Source of the DNA: Mobula hypostoma
Taxonomy: Eukaryota
Assembly (NCBI RefSeq): GCF_963921235.1
Contig: NC_086097.1
Coordinates: 220,846,001 to 220,910,000, forward strand
DNA: 64,000 bases
Direction: 5' to 3'
Shown one piece after another: positions 49,597 through 60,780 of the stretch. The notes beneath the pieces are model-generated. The model had not been told where the DNA came from and made no database searches. It saw only the letters and a list, made by a program, of their open reading frames with translations. Each line of letters opens with the position of its first letter. Within the stretch, counting starts at the first letter, position 1. Made by a program: the position numbers and the translations under genes.

Positions 49597-51517
49597 AAAC
49601 ATTCCCTGGTAAGTTTTGAATTATTGAATTTTTTAAGGTAGGAAATAAAAAAAATTGTTTGAATTGTATTTAGTACCTACTCTGCTTGGATGCTATTCAA
49701 ATCAAAGCTTTTCACTGTACCTTGTTGTTGTGTTCTTTATATTCATATGTACCTTGGGTTACTAATAAAGATCCATCTTCTGGAAGAAATAAAAGTTTTA
49801 TTTAACAACAACCACAATGTTTTTACAATACCATGTCTCTCGATCTTTCTATCATCCCTGCGCACGCTCAGAACTCTCTCCAATCACGTTCGTACATGTC
49901 GTATCACCATAGATGTGACAATAATAAACCTTGTGACACTGTACATGTGATCATAATAAATCAATTACCAATTGTAAACAATGATTAAATCCTGCAGATC
50001 TGCTGTGTTTGTAGATGTATAATTATAGATTCAATAGTAATTGATGGCGTTTGAGTTGTGTCTAGCCATACAGTCAAGACTGTAGAGAGAGTAGAGTAAT
50101 GGGCTAAGCACGCATCCTTTAGGTGCATCTGTGTTGACTGTCAGTAAGGAGGAGATGTTATTTCCGATCTGCACTGACTGTGCTCTCCAAACGAGGAAAT
50201 TAAGGATTATGTTGCAGAGAAAGGTACAGTGACTTGGTTTTTAAAGCTTGTTGATTAGTAGTGAAAAGATGATGGTACTGAACACTGAGCAGGGCTATGT
50301 AGGGCTATGCCAGTCCACAGTCATACTTCTGGTCTGATCTTGTCCCTGCATATGTATTCCTCGTACACTGCTCATAAAGAGATAGTTTTTTTTTCTGCAA
50401 AGCAACCAGGTTATCTTTTAAAGATATGTGCACCAAACCAGGGCACAACAGAAGAGAAAAGATGTTTTTGCCCAATGGTTCTTGACCTTTCAACAAATAG
50501 CAAAAACATTCTGTTTCCTTAAAAGAAATATAATCCAGATTTTATGTTACATATAGATTTATCATGGCAACAGATAGAACGTTTAATACATTATACATAA
50601 TATGTTTATTGTATGCCACTGCTCAATGAATATTCTCTTGTAAATTAACAGAGATCAGTGATCTAGAAAAAATACATGCAAACTATTACGCGAATTATCA
50701 TTTTGATTCATTATAATATCATGAGGGTACAATTTCCTGGGGTGCTTTCTTGATAAAATTTTACAGAAATTTTGATATATACTATCAGAATAGTGCTCAT
50801 AATTTCTCCATTGTTCCAACAGATTGTCAGAAGAATCCCTGTGGATATTCCACTCCTGTATATTTATTTTCACATTTTAGGTAACAAACCCAGCAAACCA
50901 GTACTTCAGAAACCAAATCTTAAAAAAAATAGCAAATGTATCTGAAGAAGAGGCTTCCTTTTTGTCCATTTAAAAAGGACTTTTCCATTACAAGTTACTT
51001 TTCCACTTCTGGATTTCATTATCGTGGCCTGCAAGACATTATAGGAATTTTGATCAAAAAACAGTAGATTCTGACATTAAAACTGCAAAACTACAGTCAC
51101 TAACTCAATAATATTCTGAAGGTTAGTATTCAGGCTACCACACTAAACATTTCTAAATTACCAACTGGAAATAGTATTTACCAGTTTTTCCTATTTCCTT
51201 TGATAAATCATCAGTTCTTGTGATTAAGTGTTGCAGGTGCAGTCACTTTCCATTGTCTAGATTACTATTTTTCATGAATGCTTTTAAGTAACAGGTCTAT
51301 TCAATTGTGTTGGTAATTTGAGTTTTCACATGACATCTATTGCCTCACACTTCAAGCAGGTCAGAAGTAGACACACACAATTCTTTTCCTCTCTTCTTAT
51401 GTCATAAAGTTAAATTGTGGGGTAGCACTATCATTCCTGCACAGATCATTCAATTTAGCACCTAGCAGTGAATAAATATGCAATCTTAGCCCATAAAATT
51501 CTGTTGATGTCTCAATT

Positions 51518-51869
51518 TGGGTGGCGAAGTGGAGATACATCTCTACCAAAGGAAGGCATTCCTTTGCAGGTCACCCTTGAGCAAGGTGTAGCACCTGCTT
51601 AGCCCCCCAATCATGGTCATGAGAAGCCGTGGGAGCAGGTGGTGGATGGTCATATGAGCAGCTGGTGTATATCATAGCTCCTGGTTATCAACGACTGACG
51701 CCAGGTAATCTCTGAAGAGTATTGATAATGGTTGGGGTCACCCGTCATGTAAAGACACTGACTGGAAGACGGCAATGGCAAACCACTTCTGTAGAAAAAT
51801 CTGCCAAGAACAATCATGGTCACCATGATCACCTACGTTATATGACATGTCACATAATGATGATGGTGA
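51518..51869 (+). mobile_element. RTE-related short retroposon with 11-bp TSD
   Basis: TSD atgtctcaatt at 51507-51517 / 51870-51880; GGCAATGGCAAACCAC motif; (TGA)n-like tail. Confidence 0.75.
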
Positions 51870-51942
51870 ATGTCTCAATTGCAAAAACGAAGTGAGTTCT
51901 TGGTGTTAACATAACAAAGTTGTAGTCAATAAAATTGAAATA

Positions 51943-52882
51943 CAGTGGATTCGGGTTAATTGGGACACATCAGGACTAGTACATTTGGGCCCAATTAAAT
52001 AGTTGCCCCAATTAGCCGAAGTTCCATGGAAATAGTTGAAAGGTATAAAAAAGGCAAGCTAATATTTAACTGAGTAACAACTAATGTATTTAAATGAAAT
52101 AACAGAATAAATTAGAATACTACCAAAACTACTACAATGCGATAAAACTGTACGTATATTAGTTCCTAATCGTTATCGATGGAGGAATTAATCTGCCATG
52201 TTCTTTTATTTGACTGTAAATGAACAAAGTCAGTACAGTTGAAAGGTGAAATGTTTAAAGGTAACACGAGGGGAAACTTCTTCACTCAGAGGGTGGTGAG
52301 AGTGTGGAACAAGCTGCCAACAGAAGTGGTGGATGTAATGGTAATTTCAATGTTTAAGAGAAGTTTGAATAGCTACATGGATGGGAGGGGTACAAATGGC
52401 TATGGTCCAGATGCAGGATGATGGGACTAGGCAGTTTAAATGGATCAGCATGAACTAGACTGGCTGAAGGGCATTTCTCTGTGCTGTAGTTTTCTACGAC
52501 TTTACAATGGACTGCCTTCATACTATTTTATAGAGAACTGCATCCTTCAAATCTTCATTTTGATTGTAACAAGATAATTGTCAATACTTTCAAATTCTTC
52601 GCAATTCCTAACTTGATGAAGTAGTAAAATAATTTCATTTTCACTCCTGACCGTTTTTTTTTGGCATCTCCGAGCCTGAATCCTTAAATATGTGGTTTGA
52701 ATGGTCTTTATTTCTCATCATCTATCAGTAACTAAAATCACTGCTTTTTGAACACAAACATAAGCAACTAATGCTATTTGAAAACTGATCGCTGCAAGCA
52801 TGATGTAGTGCCTAATGACCATTCAAGTGAACGCAACTGAATCTAATTAGGAACAGTTTGGAAAGCCTCCCGCCCCAATTAA
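51943..52882. mobile_element. Tigger/pogo-like non-autonomous DNA element, with a nested CR1 3' fragment at ~52239-52505
   Basis: TA-cagtggattcgggttaattgggac start; repeated cccaatta subterminal motifs recurring at ~52875. Confidence 0.55.
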
Positions 52883-54410
52883 GACCACAAGACCATAAAA
52901 TATAGGAGCAGAATTATGCCTTTAGGTCCATCGAGTCTGCTTTGCATTTCATCATGGCTGATCTATTTTTCCCTCGCAACCCCAATCTCCTGCCTTCCCA
53001 CTGTATCCATTCAAGCCTTGACCAATCAAGAATCTATCAACCTCTGCCTTAAATATACATAAAGACTTGGCCTCCACAGCTGCCAGTGGCAACAAATTCC
53101 ACAGATTCAACATCCTCTGGCTGAAGGAATTCTTCATCTCCATTCTAACTGGATGCCCCTCTGTACCGAGGCTGTGTCCTCTTCACATCCACATAGGAAA
53201 TGTGGTCTCCACATCTACTCTATCAAGGCCCTTCACCATTCAACTCTTCATTCTTCATATGACAAGCCGTTCGATCCTGGAATCATTTTTGTGAATTGAG
53301 TTCCTTTCCGGGATGTCCTTTCTAAGATAAGGGGCTCAAAATTGCTCACAATACTCCAAGTGAGGCCTCACCAGTGCTTTATAAAGTCTCAACATTACAT
53401 CCTTGCTTTTATATTCTAGTCCTCAAATTAAGCAGGATAATGTCCAAAGTAAATGAAGGTAATCCTAACGAAGGGTCTCGGCCCGAAACGTCGACTGTAC
53501 CTCTTCCTAGAGATGTTGCCTGGCCTGCTGCGTTCACCAGCAACTTTGATGTGTGTTGCTTGAATTTTCAGCATCTGCAGAATTCCTCGTGTTGGCCTAT
53601 AGTTTCCTTTCATCTTCCTCTCTCCCTTGTTAAGAGTAGAGTGGCATTTGCAATATTCCAGCTTTCTGGAACCATTCCAGGATCTAGTGATTCTTGAAAG
53701 ATCACTACCAATGCCCGTACAATCTCTTCAGCCTCCTCTTTCAGAACTCTGGGTGGTCACCATCTGGTCCTGGTGACTTATCTACCTTCAGACCTTTCAG
53801 TTTCCTAAGAACCTTCTCTCTAGTTATGGTAACCACACACTTCATTACTCCTGACACCTGGAACTTCCACAATACTTCTGGTGTCTTCCACAGAGAAGAC
53901 TGATGCAAACTACTTATTCAGCTCGTCCGCCATTTCATTCTCCCGATTACTACCTCTCCAGCGTCGTTTACCAGTGGTCCAATATCCACTCTCACCTCTC
54001 TTGCTGCAATCCACAAATTTGCTGATCCAGTTTAGCACAATATCAACTAAATTATTAATATAGATGATAAACAACAATGGACATAGCACCAATCCCTTGG
54101 CACATCACTTGTTAAACATAGAAACATAGAAAATAGGTGCAGGAGTAGGCCATTCGGCCCTTCGAGCCTGCACCGCCATTCAGTATGATCATGGCTGATC
54201 ATCCAACTCAGAACCCTGTACCAGCCTTCCCTCCATAACCCCTGATCCCTTTAGTCACAAGGGCCACATCTAACTCCCTCTTAACCAGCCTTTATCAGAG
54301 ACAGCCATCTACCATCACTCTCTGGCTTCTCCTACTAAGCCAATGTTGATCCAGTTGGTTACTTCATCCTGAATACCAAGCAACTTAACCTTCTTGACCA
54401 GACTCCGATG
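52883..54410 (-). mobile_element. Mosaic of CR1 fragments
   Basis: CR1 tail at 52883; NLWNLLP..AVEAKS; young CR1 3' end at ~54115-54283. Confidence 0.75.
53462..53595 (+). mobile_element. Penelope-derived pLTR fragment with near-intact hammerhead (core CTAACGA)
   Basis: ctaacgaagggtctcggcccgaaacgtcgact; same family as 55878-56073. Confidence 0.75.
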
Positions 54411-55877
54411 CAAAGGCTTGCAGCTCCTGTAAAAGAGGAAACTGGCAACAAGCTTAGGCTATTTAAAGTCTCACTGAAATATCAGAATCCGTCTTTTTCA
54501 AAAGCCTCTTTCTCCAAACATGAATCAAAATAATTCTTCTAAAACATTTTGACCTTACCAAACCACAATTGTTTTGTTCTAGATAACATGCTGCTGATGG
54601 ACTGCAGTTCCAATACGGAACTGACTCCAGCTAACAAAATCTCATGATCTATCATCTTGTGGAAGCTGTCAGTATTTTCATAGATTTGGTCCCAGGCTTA
54701 GCAGTCAGCAATCTTTTTCCTGAGAAAGGCATAACTAGGCTATCATTTGGCAGACTCTGCTCAGAGGCTGTATGATAAATGCACCCAAATGCCCATTGGG
54801 AACAAAAAAGTATTGATACTTTGAACATTTTTAATCTTCACTGTTGAGAACACTCACTCAGTTTTCCTTCCTTTCCCAACTTTTTCAGGTGGTGTGTAAG
54901 ATTAACTTCAGCTGCATGATGCAGATGAGGAGGGGTATCCTATTGGCAAAGCAAGCCACAGGTTATTCATTGTTCTTAGACATTTTCTAAAGTAAAGATA
55001 AACACCGAATATATATTCTTTTAATCTAATGGAGAACATATAAAATGACTTTATTTTGATAAACAGATTAATATATTCTTATTTGAAACCCTTAACCTGA
55101 TAAATAAATGCTTACATGTGCCTTTTACAACCAAAATACTTTATAGTTAATTAAATACTTTTGACACCATCAATACCACAATGTTGGGATCCCTGCACAA
55201 TATTAGCATAACAATAAATACCATGATTGAGAACTGTTGAGAATTAACAACCAGGCTATGGTTAAGAACCATCTTACACAAACTACAGATAGTTTTTAAT
55301 CATTATACTGTACATTGTTAAGAGTAATTGAAAAGATTTTTTATATGCTACATATACCCTACAATATCTAGCAAGGCTGCATTCATTTTCCATCTTTTGA
55401 ATAAAATATTCTAGAGAGTATGTGTTAGTGGTAAACTCAATATTTACCGCCCTATTTGAGTTGCAAGGGTAACTACAGGTCACTTTCTCTGCTAAGCTAT
55501 TTCGTGAGAGGAAGGTGCCCCAACAACTTTGTTAGCATTTCATAATGCAGTTTTTTTATTGATCCAAGACTGATGAAGGAACACTAATATGTGTTCATGA
55601 CAGGGTGATATGGGGTTCTTGGTGCTTGCTGCAGTGGAAGGTACAAGCTTTGGAAATGCAGCTATAGATGGTCTGATGTGTTGCTTCAGTGCTTTCTCCA
55701 AGTAACACATGGTAACGTAAGTTTAATAAAGCGAGGAGTCTGCTTATTCCCCCCTAGAATTTCTCCACCTGTACTCAAACATCTAAGAGTAGTTTATTAT
55801 ATAACACTCCTGATATACACTGAAGCTGATGGTCAGGTTTTAAAAACACAGGATGTGACCCAACAGACATTAGAATA

Positions 55878-56073
55878 CGCAAACAACAGGAATTCTGCAG
55901 ATGCTGGGAATTCAAGCAACACACATCAAAGTTGCTGGTGAACGCAGCAGGCCAGGCAGCATCTCTAGGAAGAGGTACAGTTGACGTTTCAGGCCGAGAC
56001 CCAAGTCGACTGTATCTCTTCGTAGAGATGCTGCCTGGCCTGCTGCGTTCACCAGCAACTTTGATGTGTGTTG
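55878..56073. mobile_element. Penelope-derived fold-back element with 14-bp TSD
   Basis: 70-bp inverted arms 55916-55985 / 56005-56074; TSD cagacattagaata at 55864-55877 / 56074-56087. Confidence 0.88.
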
Positions 56074-56450
56074 CAGACATTAGAATAGGTGGTTTCTCGT
56101 ACGTTCCAGTAACCACAACATTTAAATCACTTATCCTCATAACCTTCCATTTAATCAGGAGACAGGTGATAGAAGACACAAAAATATTAAGGTTTAACAT
56201 GATGGAAAGGCGATTAGGTCTCTTTTTGCATTTTTCAGTCCCTGTCTGGATGTTGTCCAGGACTTGCTGCATATGGACTGGTTAATTATACAGAAATTAT
56301 CTGAACAATTTGTAATCCTTAGCAAATGGACCAACTCCGACATGGTGGCGGGAGGTCAGTGACAATACAGTTGAAGACGATGGGCCTATTACGCTATCAT
56401 CAAGAATTCCAACAGTCAAAATGAATCTCATGGTAGAATATGGTGATATA

Positions 56451-58562
56451 CAGTTGAAGTCAGAAGTTTACATACACCTTAGCCAAATACATTTAAACTC
56501 AGTTTTTCACAATTCCTGACATTTAATCCTAGAAAACATTCCCTGTCAGTTAGGATCACTGCTTTATTTTAAGAATGTGAAATGTCAGAATAATAGTAGA
56601 GAGAATGATTTTTTTCAGTTTTTATTTCTTTCATCACTTTCCCAGTGGGTCAGAAGTTTACACACACTTTGTTAGTATTTGGTAGCATTACCTTTAAATT
56701 GTCTAGCTTGGGTCAAATGTTTTGGGTAGCCTTCCACAAGCTTCTCACAGTAAGTTGCTGGAATTTTGTTCCATTCCTCCAGACAGAACTGGTGTAACTG
56801 CGTCAGGTTTGTAGGCCTTCCTGCTAACACATGCTTTTTCAGTTCTGCCCACAAATTTTTTTATCGGACTGAGGTCAGGGCATTGTAATGGCCACTCCAA
56901 TACCTTGACTTTGTTGTCCTTTGTTGTGGTTTCTCGTTTCTTACAAACAACAAGGAGACGCAGAAAATCCTTCAAGACGTTTTAAACTTTAATTTGCAAA
57001 TCAAGGCTGAGACAATCAGAAAGCTAGTAGCTGACTGCCCATCGAGGCTTGTACGCAGCATTTTTATAGCAATCTCCTATCTTAGCTACATTATCATATC
57101 CAGACGGCCTGTGATCACATATCATCAATACATCCGCTCTCGACCTTCCACTATTGTTTTACTCCCCAATTTAATTATGTCCTAGTTTACTTTTCAGACC
57201 AGGTGTCCCCTCATCCCTAACCACAGTTATTTCTTAATTAGTCTTGTTGTGACATACTACCACATATTTCATTACCTTACTCGCCACCGTTATCTTTCTA
57301 CTTGGTTTCATTCTAGTTCTCTTCCTGAATTAATAGTGATTAGGTCAAAAGTCATGGCTACATAGTGAGTACCCTCTATTCAGCTAGCAGTGGTTACATA
57401 GTAAATATAGAAAATATAATGTGTGCATTTGAGTAAATACTGAAATACTGTTGAGTACATAGAAAATACAATGTATGCATTTACATTTTCCAATACCTTA
57501 AGCAATTTTGCCACAATTTTGGAGGTATGCTTGGGGTCATTGACCATTTGGAAGACCCATTTGCGACAGAGCTTTAACTTCCTGGCTGATGTCTTGAGAT
57601 GTTGCTTCAATATATCCACATAATATTCCTTCCTCATGATGCCATCCATTTTGTGAAGTGCACCAGTCCCTTCTGCAGCAAAGTTGCTACCCCCTTGCTT
57701 CACAGTTGGGATGGTGTTCTTTGGCTTGCAAGCCTCACCCTTTTTCCTCCAAACATAACGATGGTCATTATGGCCAAACAGTTCAATTTTTGTTTCATCA
57801 GACCGGAGGACATTTCTCCAAAAAGTAAGATCTTTGTGCCCATGTGCACTTGCAAACTGTAGTCTGGCTTTTTTCTGGCGGTTTTGGAGCAGTGGTTTCT
57901 TCCTTGCTGAGCAGCCTTTCAGGCTATGTTGATATAGGATCCGTTTTACTGTGGACATAGATATTTGTCTACCTGTTTTCTCCAGCATCTTCACAAGGTC
58001 CTTTGCTGTTGTTCTGGGAATGATTTGCACTTTTCGCACCAAAGTACGTTCATCTCTAGGAGACAAAATGTGTCTCCTTCCTGAGCGGTATGACGGCTGC
58101 ATGGTCCCATGGTGTTTATACTTGCATACTATTGTTTGTACAGATGAACGAGGTACCTTCAGGCGTTTGGAAATTGCTCCCAAGGATGAACCAGACTTGA
58201 CATCATTTTTTGACCTCAATCTGATAGAAAATTTGTGGGCAGAACTGAAAAAGCATGTGTGAGCAAGGAGGCTTACAAACCCAAAATGTTTGACCCAAGT
58301 TAAACAATTCAAAAGCAATGCTGCCAAATACTAACGAAGTGTGTGTGAACTTCTGACCCACTGGGAAAGTGATGAAAGAAATAAAAACTGAAATAAATCA
58401 TTCTCTCTACTATTATCCTGACATTTCACATTCTTGAAATAAAGTAGTGACCCTAACTGACCTAAGACAGGGAATGTTTTCTAGGATTAAATGTCAAGAA
58501 TTGTGAAAAACTGAGTTTAAATGTATTTGGCTAAGGTGTATGTAAACTTCTGACTTCAACTG
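56451..58562 (-). mobile_element. Sleeping Beauty-like Tc1 (IR/DR) transposon, rearranged and defective
   Basis: TIR cagttgaagtcagaagtttacatacac at both ends; transposase KSGSSLGAISKRLKVPRSSVQTIV..SDETKIELFG..NDPKH..FKGNATKY. Confidence 0.95.
56922..57495 (-). mobile_element. Putative solo LTR inserted in the Tc1 transposase
   Basis: Termini TGTTG..CAATA; 4-bp TSD cctt (56918-56921 / 57496-57499); TATAAAAA and ATTAAA on the minus strand. Confidence 0.65.
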
Positions 58563-58584
58563 AATATGGAATTTGATAATAAAT

Positions 58585-60778
58585 TTAGACCATAAAACAT
58601 AGGAGCAGAATGAGACCATTTGGCCCATTAAGTCCGCTCCACCATTCAATCACGGCTGATCTTTTTTTCTCATTCTCAGCCCCACTCCCCGGCCTTCTTC
58701 CTGTGATGCTGTGTTCAATCAAGAACCTATCAATCTCTGCCCTAAATACACACAACAACCTGGCCTCCACCGCGGCCTGTGGTAACAAATTCCACAAATT
58801 CACCACCCTCTGGTTAAAGAAATTTCTCTGAATTTTCATTTTAAATGGATGCCCAACTTTAATGGCTGCGCCCTCTTATCCTGGACTCCCCCACCATGGG
58901 AAACATCCTTTCTACATCTACTCTGTTTAGGCTTTTTAACATTCAAAAGGTTTCAATGGGATCCCCTTTCATCCTTCTAAATTCCAGTGGGTACAGACCC
59001 AGAGCTTTCAAATGTTTCTTGTATGGTAACCCTTTCACTCCCAGAATCATCCTTGTGAACATCCCCTGGACCCTCTCTAATGCCAGCACATCTTTTCTTA
59101 GATGAGGAGCCCAGAACTGTTCACAATACTCAAGGTGAGGCCTCACCATTGCCTTATAAAGCCTCAGCATCACATTCCTGCTCTGGTACTCTAGGCTCTT
59201 GAAATAAATACTAACATTGAACTTGCCTACCTCACCACCAACTCAGTCTGCAAGTTAACCTTTAGGGTGTTCTGCACAAAAACTTCGAAGTCACTTTGCA
59301 GCTCAAAGTTTTGGATTTTCTCCCCATTTAGAAAATAGTCTGCACATTTATTTCTACCACCAAAGTGCATGACGATGCATTTTCCAACATTGTATTTCTT
59401 TTGCCACTTTCTTGCCCATCCTCCTAATCTGCCCAAGTCCTGCTGCAACCTACTTGTTTCCTCAAAATATCTGCACCTCACACCAAACTTTGTATCATCT
59501 GCAAACTTGGCAACAAAGTAACCTATTCTATCATCTCCATCATTGATATATACAGCACAAAAAGCAGCAGTCCCAACACTGACCCTTGCGAAACACCACT
59601 AGTCACTGGCAGGCAACCAGAAAATTTTATTTCCACTCGCTGACTCCGACAAATCAGACAATGCTCTAACTATGCCAGTAACTTTCCTGTAATACCATGG
59701 GCTCTTAACATGGTAAGCAGCCTTACGTGTGACACCTTGTCAAAGGCCTTCTGAAAGTCCAAACATACAACATCCAGTGCATCTCCTTTGTACACACGGA
59801 TTTAAACCATGCTGACTTTGTCCCATCTTATCCTGTGTCACCAAACACTTGATAACCTTATCCTTAACAATTGACTCCAACATCTTCCCAACCACTGAGG
59901 TCAGGCTGACTGGTCTATAATTCCCTTTCTGCTGCCTTCCTCCTTTCTTAAAAAGTGGAGTGACATTTGCAATTTTCCAGTCCTCTGGCACCATACCAGA
60001 GTCCAATGATTTTTGAGAGATCATTATTAATGCCTCCACAATCTCTACCGCTACTTCTTTTAGAACCTTAGGGTGTAGTTCATCTGGTCTGGGTGACTAA
60101 CGTACCGTTAGGTCTTTCAGCTTTTTGAGCACCTTCTCCCTTGTAATAGTAACTGCACTCACTTCTCTTCCCTCACACCCTTCAATATCTGGCACACTAC
60201 AAGTGTCTTCCACAGTGAAGACTGATGCAAAATACTCATTTAGTTAACCTGCCATCTCCTTGACCCCTGTTATTATTTCTCTGGCCTCTTTTTCTAGTGG
60301 TCCTATATCCACTCTTATGTCTCTTTAATTTTTTACATACTTGAAAAAGCTTTTACTATCCACTTTGCTATTGTTTGCTAGTTTGCTTTCATATTTCATT
60401 TTTCCCCTGCTAATGATACTTCTAGTTGCTCTCTGTAGGTTTTTAAAAAGCTTCCCAATCCTCTGCTTTCCCATTAAATGTTGCTTCGTTGTAAGCCTGC
60501 TTTTGCTTTTACATTAGCTTTGACATACCTTGTCAGCCATGGTTGTATTATTTTGCTATTTGAGTATTTCTTTGTTTTTGGAATACATCTATTCTGCACC
60601 TTCCTCATTTTTTCCCAGAACCTCACACCATTGCTGCTCTGCTGTCATCCCTGCCAGCAGCTCCTTCCAATTTACTTTGGCCAGCTCCTCTCTCATACCA
60701 CTGCAATTTCCTTTACTCCACTGAAAAACTGCTACATCAGATTTTACTTTCTCCTTATCAAATTCCAAGTTGAACTCA
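58585..60778 (-). mobile_element. CR1, 5'-truncated
   Basis: ORFs 59740-60039, 59227-59481 and 58943-59173 with CR1 RT motifs; tail at ~58587. Confidence 0.9.
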
Positions 60779-60780
60779 AG

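Noticed and set aside
49727..49910. Possible second small solo LTR inside a LINE tail
   Set aside because: A TG start is present but there is no convincing TSD or terminal CA
50655..50873. 72-aa minus-strand ORF as a terminal exon
   Set aside because: No recognisable homology and a weak acceptor; cannot be supported without expression data
56368..56378. tacagttgaag matching the Tc1 terminus ~80 bp upstream of the element
   Set aside because: Only 11 bp with no further similarity, so probably chance
57380..58327. 315-aa ORF as a functional transposase
   Set aside because: The N-terminus is antisense of the inverted arm, the C-terminus runs into the LTR, the catalytic region has a deletion and the final E is separated by the insert
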